Part shown: positions 8,629-18,944 of the stretch, piece after piece
Position numbering within the stretch: position 1 is the first letter of the stretch
Layout of the letters: each line of letters begins with the position of its first letter
Assembly (NCBI GenBank): GCA_041984725.1
Contig: JBHIXO010000002.1
Location: 4,880-68,879 of the forward strand
DNA from: Acidimicrobiales bacterium
Lineage (GTDB): Bacteria; Actinomycetota; Acidimicrobiia; Acidimicrobiales; Salinilacustritrichaceae
Direction of reading: 5' to 3'
DNA length: 64,000 nt
Position numbers and translations under genes: made by a program
Notes under the pieces: generated by a model
Seen by the model: the letters and a program-made list of their open reading frames with translations, nothing else
Told to the model about the DNA's origin: nothing
The model's database searches: none

Positions 8629-9764
8629 ACGCGTCGTTGCTACCCGTGCTGCACCGAGTGGCGATCGGGCTCCTCGTCGTCGGGGTGGTCGCCGCGCTGA
8701 TCTCCCAGCCCGGCCCCGATCGCAAGCGGATCACGGCAGACTTCGACCGAGCCGGCCTCAGCGTCCGGGCCGGCGACGAGGTGCGCCTCCGCGGCGTGCC
8801 CATCGGCCGGATCAGCTCGATCGACGTGAGCCGCGACGACTTCACGGCGACCTATGTCCTCTCCGTCGACACCGCCGCCCCGATCGCCGCGGACTCCGGA
8901 GCGACCCTGGTTCCCAAGACGCTCTTCGGTGAGAAGTACGTCGCCCTCGACCCGGCCGCGCCGGGAGCGCCCGAAGCCGGCGACGGAACGCACATCCCGC
9001 TCGAGCGCACGCAGGCGCCGAGCGAGGTCCAAGAGGTACTCGATCGACTCGAACCCGTGCTGGCTTCGGTCGATCCGGTGGCATTCGCCGGGACGATCAG
9101 CTCCCTCGCCGAGGGTCTCGACGGCCACGGCGGCGACCTGGCGACCATCGTCGAGTCCTTGCCGCCAGCGCTCGAGGCGCTCATCCGCAACCAGGACGAC
9201 CTCGGACGGATCTTCCGGTCGGTGCCGGGCGTCGCCGGCTCCGTCACCGACCGAGCCGACCAACTCCTTCAGGCGGCCGATGCGTTCGGCGAGCTGGCGC
9301 TGCTGGTCGACGAGAACGAACAGCCTCTGGCCGACTTCGTCACCGACACCGCCACGCTGTCGGCCCGAGCGGCGTCGATCCTCGACACCGAGGCCGACCG
9401 CATCGACCGGGTCCTGACCGACGGCTTGACGGTCCTCGACCTCGTCGACCGGAACCCCGGTGCGCTCGATGCGCTGCTCAGGGGCGCGCCACAGTTCGTC
9501 AACGGTCTCGCCGCCGCCACGTCGACGGGAGCGTTCCGGGCGCCGATCGCGAACTTCGCCGTGCTGAACCCCGGCAGCCTCCTCGATGCAGCCGGCGAGT
9601 TCGGCGAGGGGCAGGGCGGCGCCGGAATCGGACCCGACATCGTCATCGAGGGCTTCCCGCTCGATGGCGTCGACGTCGGCACCCAGGCCGGCTCCGATCC
9701 GCTGACGACGGCCGGCAATGCGATCGTCGGTCTGTTGAACGGACTCCTGGGAGGAGAGCGCTAA
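8625..9764 (+). CDS. MCE family protein (MceA position)
   Basis: MlaD domain (GDEVRLRGVPIG, KTLFGEKYV) followed by a helical region. Confidence 0.9.
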   Translation: MNASLLPVLHRVAIGLLVVGVVAALISQPGPDRKRITADFDRAGLSVRAGDEVRLRGVPIGRISSIDVSRDDFTATYVLSVDTAAPIAADSGATLVPKTLFGEKYVALDPAAPGAPEAGDGTHIPLERTQAPSEVQEVLDRLEPVLASVDPVAFAGTISSLAEGLDGHGGDLATIVESLPPALEALIRNQDDLGRIFRSVPGVAGSVTDRADQLLQAADAFGELALLVDENEQPLADFVTDTATLSARAASILDTEADRIDRVLTDGLTVLDLVDRNPGALDALLRGAPQFVNGLAAATSTGAFRAPIANFAVLNPGSLLDAAGEFGEGQGGAGIGPDIVIEGFPLDGVDVGTQAGSDPLTTAGNAIVGLLNGLLGGER

Positions 9765-10957
9765 TGGGACTCTGGATCCGGCTCTCCGTCCTGACCGCGC
9801 TCGGGCTGGCGTCGCTCGCCGCGCTGGCGATCGAGATCGGCCAGCTCGATGGTGCCGCGGGAGCGTTCGCGGACACCTACCACATCGCGGCCGAGTTCAC
9901 CGATGCCACCGGACTCACGTCCGGGGACGAGGTCCGGCTCGCGGGCGTGCGTATCGGCAAGGTCGGCGGCGTCGAAGTCGAGCGGGGCGTCGCCGTCGTG
10001 TCGATGAACATCGACGAGCGCTACGCGGTTCCCGAGGGGAGCCGCCTCGAGCTGGCCTGGAAGAACCTGCTCGGCCAGCGCTTCGTCCGGGTCGTGCCGC
10101 CGGCCGGCGCGGTGCCCCGTGGACCCGGCCTCGCACCGGAGACCCGGCTCACCGCCGCCGACACCAGCGATGCGGCAGACCTGTCGCTCTTGTTGAACAA
10201 CACCGAGCCCCTCTTCGCGCAGCTCGACGTCCCCCGGCTCAACAGCGTGATGAGCACGCTCGCTGCAGCGATGGCCGGACGGGAGGCGACCTACGCACAA
10301 GGGATCGCCGACGCGCAGGTGCTGCTCGCCGAGCTCGACACCCGTCGCGAGGCGATCGACCGCAGCCTGGTCAACCTCGACACCATCATCACGGGAATCG
10401 CCGAGCGTGACGAGGAGGTGTCCCGGTTCCTCGTGGCGTTCGGCTCCACGGCCGAGACGCTCGCCGCGAGCTCCGGCGACGCCGGCCTCGCCGTGACGCA
10501 GCTCGACAGGCTCGCCTCGGTCCTCGACGACGTGCTCACCGCATCGGTCGACGACCTCGACGTGGTCATCGACCAGTCGATCGACATCCTCGACACCGTG
10601 GTCGCAAACGCCGACTCATTGGAGGAAGGCATCCGCACCCTCCCGTGGGCCACGGCGGCGATCACGCGGGTGACCGCGCACGGTAACTGGTTCCAGGTGT
10701 ACGCACGAGGGGTCGGCGTCGTAAACACGTTCCTGAACGAGCCGGTGATCGGTCCCGACCACAACGCCACTGGCGTGGACGACCAGACGGCACCCGAGCC
10801 GCTGCTCGGCGAACCGAGTGTCCCGACGCCACCGATCCCCGAGACCGGTCTCGGGCCGGCGATCGTCAACCCGTCTCCCGAGACCCGTTCCGGAGAATCG
10901 TCGCCCGGCAACGGTCTCGAAGCGCTTCTCGGCGCACTGCTCGGGGGAGACCGATGA
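9764..10957 (+). CDS. MCE family protein (MceB position)
   Basis: DATGLTSGDEVRLAGVRIG, NLLGQRF. Confidence 0.9.
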   Translation: MGLWIRLSVLTALGLASLAALAIEIGQLDGAAGAFADTYHIAAEFTDATGLTSGDEVRLAGVRIGKVGGVEVERGVAVVSMNIDERYAVPEGSRLELAWKNLLGQRFVRVVPPAGAVPRGPGLAPETRLTAADTSDAADLSLLLNNTEPLFAQLDVPRLNSVMSTLAAAMAGREATYAQGIADAQVLLAELDTRREAIDRSLVNLDTIITGIAERDEEVSRFLVAFGSTAETLAASSGDAGLAVTQLDRLASVLDDVLTASVDDLDVVIDQSIDILDTVVANADSLEEGIRTLPWATAAITRVTAHGNWFQVYARGVGVVNTFLNEPVIGPDHNATGVDDQTAPEPLLGEPSVPTPPIPETGLGPAIVNPSPETRSGESSPGNGLEALLGALLGGDR

Positions 10958-12075
10958 TCGACCGGCACCTCCCCCTCAAGGCCGCGATCGGCTCGGCGAT
11001 CATCGTCGTGCTCGCGGCCGTCAGCTTCGCCATCGGCGGTATGCGGATCCTCGAGCGCACGTACGAGATGACGGTCGTCGTCGACAACGCATCCGGCATC
11101 GAGTCGGGCGACCCGGTCCGGGTCGCCGGTGTGAACATCGGCGAGGTCCGATCGGTCGAGCGGGTGCCCGAAGACGCCACGGTGGCGATCACGTTCGGTG
11201 TCGAGGACGGCGTGGAGATCTCGGAGGGCAGCACGGCGTCGGTTCGGCTGCGCACCCTGCTCGGCAAGAAGTACCTCCACCTCGACGATCCCGGCACCGG
11301 GCCGCTCCTCGCCGCCGGCTCCGTGATCCCCATCGAGCAGACGCAGCCCGCCACCGACGTCGACACCCTCCTCAACGCCGCCGAACCCACCGTCGAACAG
11401 ATCGATGTCGACAGCATCAACGGACTGCTCGCCAGCGTCGACCGGACGCTCGCCGGCCGCGGCGACGAGCTGCGGTCGGTGTTCGCCGATCTCGGCGACC
11501 TCGCCAGCACGCTCAGTGACCGAGAGGACGAACTGGCGCGCCTCATCGATTCCACCGCCGAGCTGTCCACCGTGGTGGGCGAGCGGGACGCAGAGCTCAC
11601 GTCGGTGCTCGACGGCCTCGACATCGTGCTCGCCACGCTGGCGCAGCGGGGTGACTCGCTGACGTCGCTGCTCGACGGTGTCGACGGGCTGTCCCAGACG
11701 TTGACGCCGCTGCTCGCAGAGAACCGCGACGACTTCACGACACTCTTCGGTGACCTCGACACCGTCACCGACATCCTGGTCCGCCAATACGACCGGCTCG
11801 ACCTCGCCCTCACTCAGCTGCCCGACCTGGCCGAACGCTTCTACGCCGTCACCGCCGAGGGCTCCTGGGTCAACGTCTACATCGTCGGCGTCGTCGCCAC
11901 CCCATTCGTCGCGAACCCGGTGGACCTCGGCTCGTCCAGCGGCGAGCCGGGCCAGACCGGCGGTCCACCCCGATTGTGGGTCGACCCGCCCCAGTTGTTG
12001 CCGAGCACCACCATCGGTGGCATCGACATCGACACCGGCGACAACCGCACCATCGACGCACCGGAGGGGTTCTGA
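10954..12075 (+). CDS. MCE family protein (MceC position)
   Basis: GDPVRVAGVNIG, TLLGKKYL. Confidence 0.9.
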   Translation: MIDRHLPLKAAIGSAIIVVLAAVSFAIGGMRILERTYEMTVVVDNASGIESGDPVRVAGVNIGEVRSVERVPEDATVAITFGVEDGVEISEGSTASVRLRTLLGKKYLHLDDPGTGPLLAAGSVIPIEQTQPATDVDTLLNAAEPTVEQIDVDSINGLLASVDRTLAGRGDELRSVFADLGDLASTLSDREDELARLIDSTAELSTVVGERDAELTSVLDGLDIVLATLAQRGDSLTSLLDGVDGLSQTLTPLLAENRDDFTTLFGDLDTVTDILVRQYDRLDLALTQLPDLAERFYAVTAEGSWVNVYIVGVVATPFVANPVDLGSSSGEPGQTGGPPRLWVDPPQLLPSTTIGGIDIDTGDNRTIDAPEGF

Positions 12076-13277
12076 TGCCCGGTCACCCGATCACGCCGAC
12101 CCTGTCGCTCCCGCGCAAGGTAATCGCCGCAGCGGTCCTGTTCGTGTTCACCCTGTCGAGCGCGCAGCTCGCCGGCGTCGCGGTCGGCGTGCCGGTCGAG
12201 AACCCGTTCGCTCCCGACGAGACCCGGGTCGTGGCCGAGTTCGAACGTGCGGTCGGCCTCTACCCGCAGTCGCGGGTCGTGGCCGACGGGGTCGAGGTCG
12301 GAGAGGTGACCGACATCGAGATCCTCCCCGACCGGGTACGCGTCGAGCTCGAGCTGCACGACATCGCCATCGCCGCCGACACCAAGGCCGTCCTGCGCCT
12401 CCGCTCGCTCATCGGTGAACGCTACGTCGAGCTCGACTCCGTCTGGGCAGGAGCCGGGCAGCGCCTGGCGGGAGGAGACGTCATCGGCCTCGACCGCACC
12501 GTCATCCCCGCCGAGATCACCGAGTTCCTCGACGAGGCCAGCCGCGTCTCCGGAGAGCTCGACAGCGCCGCCCTCGGGCGTGTCGTCGACGAGCTCGCCG
12601 CGGTCCTCGCCGACGAGGGACGAGCGGTCGCGACCCTGCTCACCGAGCTCGATGCGGCCGGAGCGGTCGTCGCCCAGCGCGCCGACGAGATCGACGAGAC
12701 CCTCGTCGCGCTCGATCGGGCCATTGCCGCCCTGGCCGAGGAGGACCAGACCATCGTCTCGGTCCTGCGCAACGGCACCACGGTGTCCCAGGCGCTGCTG
12801 GCCCAACAGGGAGCCCTCGACGCCGCCATCACCGGGATCGATACCCTGGTCGGCGAACTCGCCACCTTCACCCGGGACCAGCGCACGGGACTCACCGACG
12901 TGACTGCGGACCTGGGCACGATCGGCGAGCTCCTCGCCGGCCACCGAGCGGACTTCGAACAGGTCGTGCACTACCTGCCTCTGGCCTCCTACGGTTTCGC
13001 CCGGGCGATCAGCCGCGACGGTGACCGCTGGTTCCTGCAGCCGCAGGTGACCGGGACCCTGGTGCAGCCGTTCGTCCCGAACCTCAACTCGGGCGGCGGC
13101 ATCGGCTCGGAGAACGGGGACAACCGGTTCGTCCCCGGCGTCGACTTCGAGGATTCCGTGGCTCGGGACATCGTTCCGGAGGAGATCGACACGACGCCGA
13201 TCCTGGGCGTGGGGCCGTTGCTCCCGTCGGGGAGTATCGGGCCGATCACCATCGACGGCGAAGGGAGCGGGCGATGA
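12075..13277 (+). CDS. MCE family protein (MceD position)
   Basis: AVGLYPQSRV..GVEVG, SLIGERYVEL. Confidence 0.9.
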   Translation: MPGHPITPTLSLPRKVIAAAVLFVFTLSSAQLAGVAVGVPVENPFAPDETRVVAEFERAVGLYPQSRVVADGVEVGEVTDIEILPDRVRVELELHDIAIAADTKAVLRLRSLIGERYVELDSVWAGAGQRLAGGDVIGLDRTVIPAEITEFLDEASRVSGELDSAALGRVVDELAAVLADEGRAVATLLTELDAAGAVVAQRADEIDETLVALDRAIAALAEEDQTIVSVLRNGTTVSQALLAQQGALDAAITGIDTLVGELATFTRDQRTGLTDVTADLGTIGELLAGHRADFEQVVHYLPLASYGFARAISRDGDRWFLQPQVTGTLVQPFVPNLNSGGGIGSENGDNRFVPGVDFEDSVARDIVPEEIDTTPILGVGPLLPSGSIGPITIDGEGSGR

Positions 13278-14395
13278 GCCTGGTCACGAAGGTCCGGGCT
13301 GGCATCGCGTTGGTCCTCGCCCTCGTCGCCGCACTGGTGCTGGCATCACTGTGGCCCGAGAAGGGCATCTCCTATGCCGCCATCGTCGACGACGCGTCCG
13401 GCATCGTCGAGCGCAACGACGTCCGCCTCAACGATGTCATCGTGGGCCACGTGACCTCGATCGACCTGGCCGGTCTCGACGCACGGGTGAACTTCGAGGT
13501 CGCTGATGACGTCGCCCTCCCCGACCAGACGAGGGTCGAGATCCGGCAGACCTCCTTGCTCGGCGAGTTCTTCCTCGCACTCGTCCCCGAGGGCGAAGGA
13601 CAGCTGGACGCCGGATCGGTCATCCCCATCGACCGCACGCGGCGGGCCGCGGAGCTGGAGACCATCGTGTCCCAGGCCGGCGAGCTGACCGCCCAGGTCA
13701 ACATCGACAACATCGACCGCATCCTGGCCGCCGTCGACGAGGGACTGGGCGGCGATCCGGACGCCGTCGGGGACCTGTTCGAGTCGATGGCGCAGACCGC
13801 GTCGTCGATCGGCGACCTCCGCGGCGACCTGGTGGCCACCATCGACTCAGTCGACGCGCTCAGCGCTCGCCTCGCTCCGGAGACGGCTCGGCTCACGACG
13901 GCGATCGATCGCTTCGCTGCTGGCGCCGAGGCCCTCGCTTCGTCCAACGACGGGATCCCGACGTTGTTGACGGAGCTCAACCGGGCGACCGACTCGCTGT
14001 CGGGCACGCTGGCCCGCAACCGGGACCGCCTCGTGAGAGCGACTCCGATCATCCGCGACACGTTGCAGGAGGCGATCGACAACCTCGGCGGACTCGAGTC
14101 GGTCCTCACCGGACTCCCCGGGTTCAACCGGGGCTGGGCCTGTGCAGCCGACGGGCACTACCTGAACTTCGTCTTCCCACTGACACCCGAGCTCGCGACC
14201 GTCGACGTCAACCCGAGTCGGTGCGACAACATCGAAGACGGTCCGGCGAGTCGTTCGCGGCCGACCCAGGTCCACCTGTTCCCCAGACTCGACGGACTCA
14301 CGATCGACGATCCGATCGGCACGGGCGAGATCGACATCGGTGCGGGATCCGCCAACGACGGGAAGGCCGAGTTCGACGAGGAGCAGGATCGGTGA
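13274..14395 (+). CDS. MCE family protein (MceE position)
   Basis: VRLNDVIVG, RQTSLLGE; no lipobox Cys. Confidence 0.9.
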   Translation: MSLVTKVRAGIALVLALVAALVLASLWPEKGISYAAIVDDASGIVERNDVRLNDVIVGHVTSIDLAGLDARVNFEVADDVALPDQTRVEIRQTSLLGEFFLALVPEGEGQLDAGSVIPIDRTRRAAELETIVSQAGELTAQVNIDNIDRILAAVDEGLGGDPDAVGDLFESMAQTASSIGDLRGDLVATIDSVDALSARLAPETARLTTAIDRFAAGAEALASSNDGIPTLLTELNRATDSLSGTLARNRDRLVRATPIIRDTLQEAIDNLGGLESVLTGLPGFNRGWACAADGHYLNFVFPLTPELATVDVNPSRCDNIEDGPASRSRPTQVHLFPRLDGLTIDDPIGTGEIDIGAGSANDGKAEFDEEQDR

Positions 14396-15612
14396 GACTC
14401 AACTTCCGGACCGTTCTCAACGTGCTGGTGGTTGCGCTGGTCGGTGGTGCTGCGCTGATCTGGGCGATCATCGGGCTGGCCAACGTCAATCTGTTCGGAC
14501 CCGACCCGACGACCGTCCGGGCGATGCTGCCCACTGCGGCCGGTGCCCTTCCAGGGGCGGAAGTTACCTACCTCGGCCAGCCGATCGGGGCCGTGTCGTC
14601 GTCGGAGATCCGGCCGGACGGCGTGCTGGTCACCATGTCGGTCGACCTGCCCGACGAGGTCGCGGCGAGGCTGCGCGCTGATGTTCGCCAGAAGTCCGCG
14701 CTGGGTGAGCCCTACGTGGATCTCGGCCCGAGCGACGATGCGGCGGTCGTGCCGCTGGCATCGCGCTCGGACCACCACGGCACAACGATCCCGATCGAAC
14801 GCACGTCGGTTCCCTCGGGGCTCGGAGAGCTCCTCACCGATGCGGACGCGTTGCTCGCCGACGTCGATCCTGTCTCGCTCGGAACTGTCGTCGACGGCGC
14901 TGCCGCTGCGCTCGCCGGACGCGAGGACACCATCGGATCGATCCTGCAGAACACCGCCGTCATCGCAGAGACCATCACGGCCCGGGAGGCGGAGTTGGAA
15001 TCGATCCTCGGCAACACCGCGCGCCTGACCGAGACGCTGGACGGCGCGTCCGGTGACATCGAATCCGCGTTCGACAGCTTCGCGCAGCTCTCGGGCGTGC
15101 TCGCCGGTCGGACGGCCGAGCTCGAGTCGATCCTGCGCGAGGGATCGTCGCTCGCAGCCGAGGGCACCCAGCTCCTCGACGAGGTCCGGGACGACATCGA
15201 CGGCGTGCTCGCCGGACTGGACACGACCTTCTCGGTCCTGGCCGACCGGCCCGGCAAGGTCGAGGAGATCCTGGAGCTGACGCCGCTGATGATCGACCGC
15301 TTCGGTCGCACCTTCGAAGGTGGCAACTTCTGGTTGAGTGCCGGTGGCGGCGTCCCGTTCGCCACGGCGTACAACCCGAGGCTCGGGATCCCCGTGTACG
15401 GCACCGGACTCCGGCTCGACCGGATCTTCACACCCACGATCGCGCAGCGAATCGAGGTCGACCTCGCCGAGGCTGGTGTCCCGGACTTCGGGTTCATCCA
15501 GCTGCTGCCGAACGATCAGATCGGAGCCGCAGCCCAGGAACCGGGTGGTCTGGTCGGGCTCATCGACGCCGTCGGTGAACAGCTTCGGTCCGGCGGGCCC
15601 GCCGGCGGGTGA
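14392..15612 (+). CDS. MCE family protein (MceF position)
   Basis: GAEVTYLGQPIG, SALGEPYVDL. Confidence 0.9.
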   Translation: MRLNFRTVLNVLVVALVGGAALIWAIIGLANVNLFGPDPTTVRAMLPTAAGALPGAEVTYLGQPIGAVSSSEIRPDGVLVTMSVDLPDEVAARLRADVRQKSALGEPYVDLGPSDDAAVVPLASRSDHHGTTIPIERTSVPSGLGELLTDADALLADVDPVSLGTVVDGAAAALAGREDTIGSILQNTAVIAETITAREAELESILGNTARLTETLDGASGDIESAFDSFAQLSGVLAGRTAELESILREGSSLAAEGTQLLDEVRDDIDGVLAGLDTTFSVLADRPGKVEEILELTPLMIDRFGRTFEGGNFWLSAGGGVPFATAYNPRLGIPVYGTGLRLDRIFTPTIAQRIEVDLAEAGVPDFGFIQLLPNDQIGAAAQEPGGLVGLIDAVGEQLRSGGPAGG

Positions 15613-15619
15613 CGATCGG

Positions 15620-16168
15620 TCAGAGGACCTCGACGCTCGACACCAGGTCGGTGTCGCGGTCGAGTTGGACCAGGAGCCCCACCCGTATGATGCGAGACTC
15701 CGAGGTCGGGGTCGGTGGGGTGGGCGAGGCTTCCGCGTCCTCGGCCGTTGCATCCGTAGACGAAGGAGCGATGATCCGTTGGTTGACGACGACGAAGTAG
15801 ACGGCGGTGGATCCCTCGGTCCGCTGGATGGTCGGTCCGGCGACGATCTCGCCGATGCTGCTGGCTCCACTGGCGCGGAGGTCGGCGACGAAGGTCTCGC
15901 CCATGGAGGCCCGGAAGTCGGCGGCGAAGTCACTGGTCCCGAAGTCGAGGATGCGGTCGATGTCGGCGTCGACGCGGGCGGCATCGAACGTGGTGACCGC
16001 AGTGGCGAAGTCCTCGACCAGTCGGACCTCGTCGGGGTCGGCGTCGGGACCGCCGCCACCGTCGAGGAAGGTGACGACTCCGATCACAGCGACGACGATG
16101 CCGATGGCGATCGAGACGCCACCGGCAACGCGGGAGCGAAAGATCCATCCGAATCTGCGGGCGGGCAT
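15620..16168 (-). CDS. Mce-associated membrane (Mam/Mas-like) protein
   Basis: N-terminal TM, then FATAVTTFD...TSDFAADF...VVNQ pattern; adjacent to the mce operon. Confidence 0.65.
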   Translation of the reverse strand: MPARRFGWIFRSRVAGGVSIAIGIVVAVIGVVTFLDGGGGPDADPDEVRLVEDFATAVTTFDAARVDADIDRILDFGTSDFAADFRASMGETFVADLRASGASSIGEIVAGPTIQRTEGSTAVYFVVVNQRIIAPSSTDATAEDAEASPTPPTPTSESRIIRVGLLVQLDRDTDLVSSVEVL

Positions 16169-16170
16169 GA

Positions 16171-16196
16171 TGAGACGGTACCGCCTTCACGTCTCG
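16171..16196. promoter_or_regulatory. N14 operator site 3
   Basis: TGAGAC-N14-GTCTCG between the divergent Mam genes. Confidence 0.7.
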
Positions 16197-16216
16197 CAGG
16201 ATGGGTCGCGGGTGCG

Positions 16217-16654
16217 GTGCTGGCGGCCGTCGGCGTGCTCGGCGTCGCATTCGCGCCGGACGACTCGGACGCCGGCGGCCGCGACGAGGTCCTCGACCAG
16301 GCCGGCGCCTTCATCATCGATTTCGCGTCGTACGACCACGACCGGTTCGACGAGACCCTCGCCGCGGTCGAGGAGGCCTCCATCGACGCGTTCGCCGGCC
16401 GCTACACGACGCTGCTCGGAGGCTCCGGATTCGTCGAAGCCATGCAGGAGAACCGGGCGTCGGCGACGGCGGAGATCACGAGAGGTCCGCTGCTCGCACA
16501 GTTCGGCGACCACGAGGCTCGCGTGTTCGCGATCGTGGAACAGGTGGTGACCAGCGCAGCGACCGACGGACCTTTGTCGAGCCGGCTCCGGATCGAGGTC
16601 ATCCTCGTCGACACGCCCGGAGGGTGGAAGGTGGTCGACGTCGAGACGACGTGA
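16217..16654 (+). CDS. Mce-associated membrane (Mam/Mas-like) protein; start uncertain
   Basis: FASYDHD...ARVFAIVEQ...RIEVILVDTPGGWKV, an NTF2-like Mam pattern. Confidence 0.65.
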   Translation: MLAAVGVLGVAFAPDDSDAGGRDEVLDQAGAFIIDFASYDHDRFDETLAAVEEASIDAFAGRYTTLLGGSGFVEAMQENRASATAEITRGPLLAQFGDHEARVFAIVEQVVTSAATDGPLSSRLRIEVILVDTPGGWKVVDVETT

Positions 16655-16660
16655 GGTCGG

Positions 16661-17872
16661 TCACCATCCGGCGCCGAGCACGATGGCGCCCTGTATCGCG
16701 CCCATCGCTCCGCCGAGCACACCGCCGATCGCGACGAGGATGATCTCGTCCTCCTCGAAGATCCCGCGGAGCATTCGCTCGAACTGCAACTTGTCGAGGG
16801 ACGAGAGCCGACCCTCGATGAGCTCCTCGAGTCGCAGCGAGGAGAGGAGATGAGTCTCGACCACTGGGCGCGCGATGGGGGCGAGGTCGCTGATCCGACG
16901 TTCGAGCACGTGCTCGAGCTTGACGAGATCGTCGTCGCTCGGCGTAGATCCTGCGAGCATTGCGAGCATCGGGCTCAGCGACGCCACACGGGCCCGGATC
17001 TGGGCTCCCATCGCTTCTCGGAGGTCAGGAAGCCTCGGAGACCGGGACACATGATCGATCAGGTTCGCCGGGGTCAGGACCTCGCCAGCAGCGATGCGCC
17101 CGTAGTCGGCAGCGATCTCGGCCTGCCGCTTGGGGAACATCCCCTGATAGGTGACGACGCCGAAGAACCGGCGAGGCTCGAGGGGGCGAAAGATCATCTG
17201 GATGGCCAGCCAGTTGGTGCCGAGACCGACGACGGCGCCGACGATGGGCATCGTCCACCACAGCCCGAACAGCGAGAAGGCTGCGGCCTGGACCACGCCG
17301 ACGCCGAAGCCGAACACCCCTCCGTACCACTCGATGAATCGAAGCTCGCGCTGACCGATCTCCTCTGCGACTCGCGCCAGACGATCGGCGTTCTCGCCGG
17401 TCAGTTCCTCGACGATCAGTCGATCGAGATCCAGCACGGCGTCGGCGCTTGCAGCCATGGTGACTGCCAGTTCCTGTCCGGCCTCGGCCAGAACCGAGAC
17501 GATCACCTGTCTGATCTGTTCTCGCGCCTCGATCGCCATGTCATCCCAGGCTCCTGGGACGATCACATCGAGCGCCTCCGCCACGACGGCGTCGAACTCG
17601 GCCGGGAACGTCTCCTCCAGCCGGCGGAGCAGCGCAGGGAGGTCGACGCGCTCGACCAGATCGGCCGGCGAGAGCACGTGGCCCGTCGTCGTCGCGATCT
17701 CTGCGGCGAACTTCGGAGCCAGCTTGTAGACGATTCCCTGCCACGACAGCGCGCCGACGCCGATCGGTTCCTGCGGGTTGAAGATCATCTTCACCGCTGC
17801 CCAGTTCGTCACGTAGCCGATGACGGCCGTGACGACCGGTACGGTGACGAACAGCAGCAGTGTGTCGGTCAT
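16661..17872 (-). CDS. DUF445 family membrane protein
   Basis: IGYVTNWAAVKMIF.P, internal repeat GTNWLAIQMIFRP, C-terminal GGVLGG. Confidence 0.8.
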   Translation of the reverse strand: MTDTLLLFVTVPVVTAVIGYVTNWAAVKMIFNPQEPIGVGALSWQGIVYKLAPKFAAEIATTTGHVLSPADLVERVDLPALLRRLEETFPAEFDAVVAEALDVIVPGAWDDMAIEAREQIRQVIVSVLAEAGQELAVTMAASADAVLDLDRLIVEELTGENADRLARVAEEIGQRELRFIEWYGGVFGFGVGVVQAAAFSLFGLWWTMPIVGAVVGLGTNWLAIQMIFRPLEPRRFFGVVTYQGMFPKRQAEIAADYGRIAAGEVLTPANLIDHVSRSPRLPDLREAMGAQIRARVASLSPMLAMLAGSTPSDDDLVKLEHVLERRISDLAPIARPVVETHLLSSLRLEELIEGRLSSLDKLQFERMLRGIFEEDEIILVAIGGVLGGAMGAIQGAIVLGAGW

Positions 17873-17915
17873 GCCAGGCCCGTCCGAGTCCTTCGGGTGA
17901 GGTGTCTCTGACGGC

Positions 17916-18809
17916 TCAGCCGGCCAGGTTCAGGAGCTGTCCCATCTCCTCCATTGCCGTCGAGGGGACGATCAGATCGTCCATCGAGGCGATCGTGTCC
18001 CAGTTGTCTCGGACCTGCTCCGGGGTCAGCGCTTCGGAGTAGTACCCGAGCGGTTCGGCGATGACCACACGGGTCACGCGGCCGCCTGCCACCGACAGGA
18101 TCTGGCCCGTGACATCGCATTGATCGGATGACAGGAACACCACGGCTGGGGTCACTGCCTCGGGATCGAGCTTGTCGGCGAGGGGGCCCAGCAGGTCCTC
18201 GGTCATGCGCGTGCGCGCGCCGGGTGCGATGACGTTGGCGAGGACGTTGCGCTTGGCGCCCTCCTGGGCAAGCGCACGCGTGAAGCCGACGAGTCCCATC
18301 TTCGCTGCGCCGTAGTTCGTCTGCCCGAAGTTGCCGAACAGCCCCGCCGCCGATGTCGTGTTGACGACGCGGCCGTAGTTCTGTTCGCGCATGAGCTTCC
18401 ATGCCGGCAGGGTGACCCAGAAGGCTCCGTACAGGTGCACCTGGATCACGCTGTCGAGGAGGTCGGGGGTGAGGTTGTGGAACGCCTTGTCGCGCAGGAT
18501 CCCGGCATTGTTCACGACGATGTCGACTCGCCCGAAGGCATCGACGGCGGTCTGGATGATGGCTTCCCCGCCATCCTTGGTCGCTACCGAATTGGTGTCG
18601 GCCACGGCTTCTCCACCGGCGGCGGTGATCTCGTCGACGACGGTCTGGGCCGGCCCGGCATCTGCGCCGGAGCCGTCGACCGCTCCGCCCAGGTCGTTGA
18701 CGACGACCCTCGCACCCCGGGCTGCGAGTTGCAGCGCGTGCTCCCGTCCGAGGCCGTGCCCGGCGCCCGTGACGACTGCGACCTGACCATCGAACCCGAT
18801 GTCGCTCAT
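17916..18809 (-). CDS. SDR, MFE-2-like (3R)-hydroxyacyl-CoA dehydrogenase
   Basis: TGAGHGLG, VVNDLG, NNAGILRD, GNFGQTNYGAAK. Confidence 0.92.
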   Translation of the reverse strand: MSDIGFDGQVAVVTGAGHGLGREHALQLAARGARVVVNDLGGAVDGSGADAGPAQTVVDEITAAGGEAVADTNSVATKDGGEAIIQTAVDAFGRVDIVVNNAGILRDKAFHNLTPDLLDSVIQVHLYGAFWVTLPAWKLMREQNYGRVVNTTSAAGLFGNFGQTNYGAAKMGLVGFTRALAQEGAKRNVLANVIAPGARTRMTEDLLGPLADKLDPEAVTPAVVFLSSDQCDVTGQILSVAGGRVTRVVIAEPLGYYSEALTPEQVRDNWDTIASMDDLIVPSTAMEEMGQLLNLAG

Positions 18810-18852
18810 TGGTGGTGACTCCTCGATCGGGGCGTGGCGCCCCCTCGACACA

Positions 18853-18878
18853 TGTGACAGCCAGCATTCTATGTTCTA
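18853..18878. promoter_or_regulatory. N14 operator site 4
   Basis: TGTGAC-N14-GTTCTA in the divergent intergenic region. Confidence 0.5.
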
Positions 18879-18944
18879 CGGTGTCGGCGAACCGAACCCG
18901 ATCGCAGAACGGGTACCGGAGCCGATCAGACCGAGGAGTAGGTA

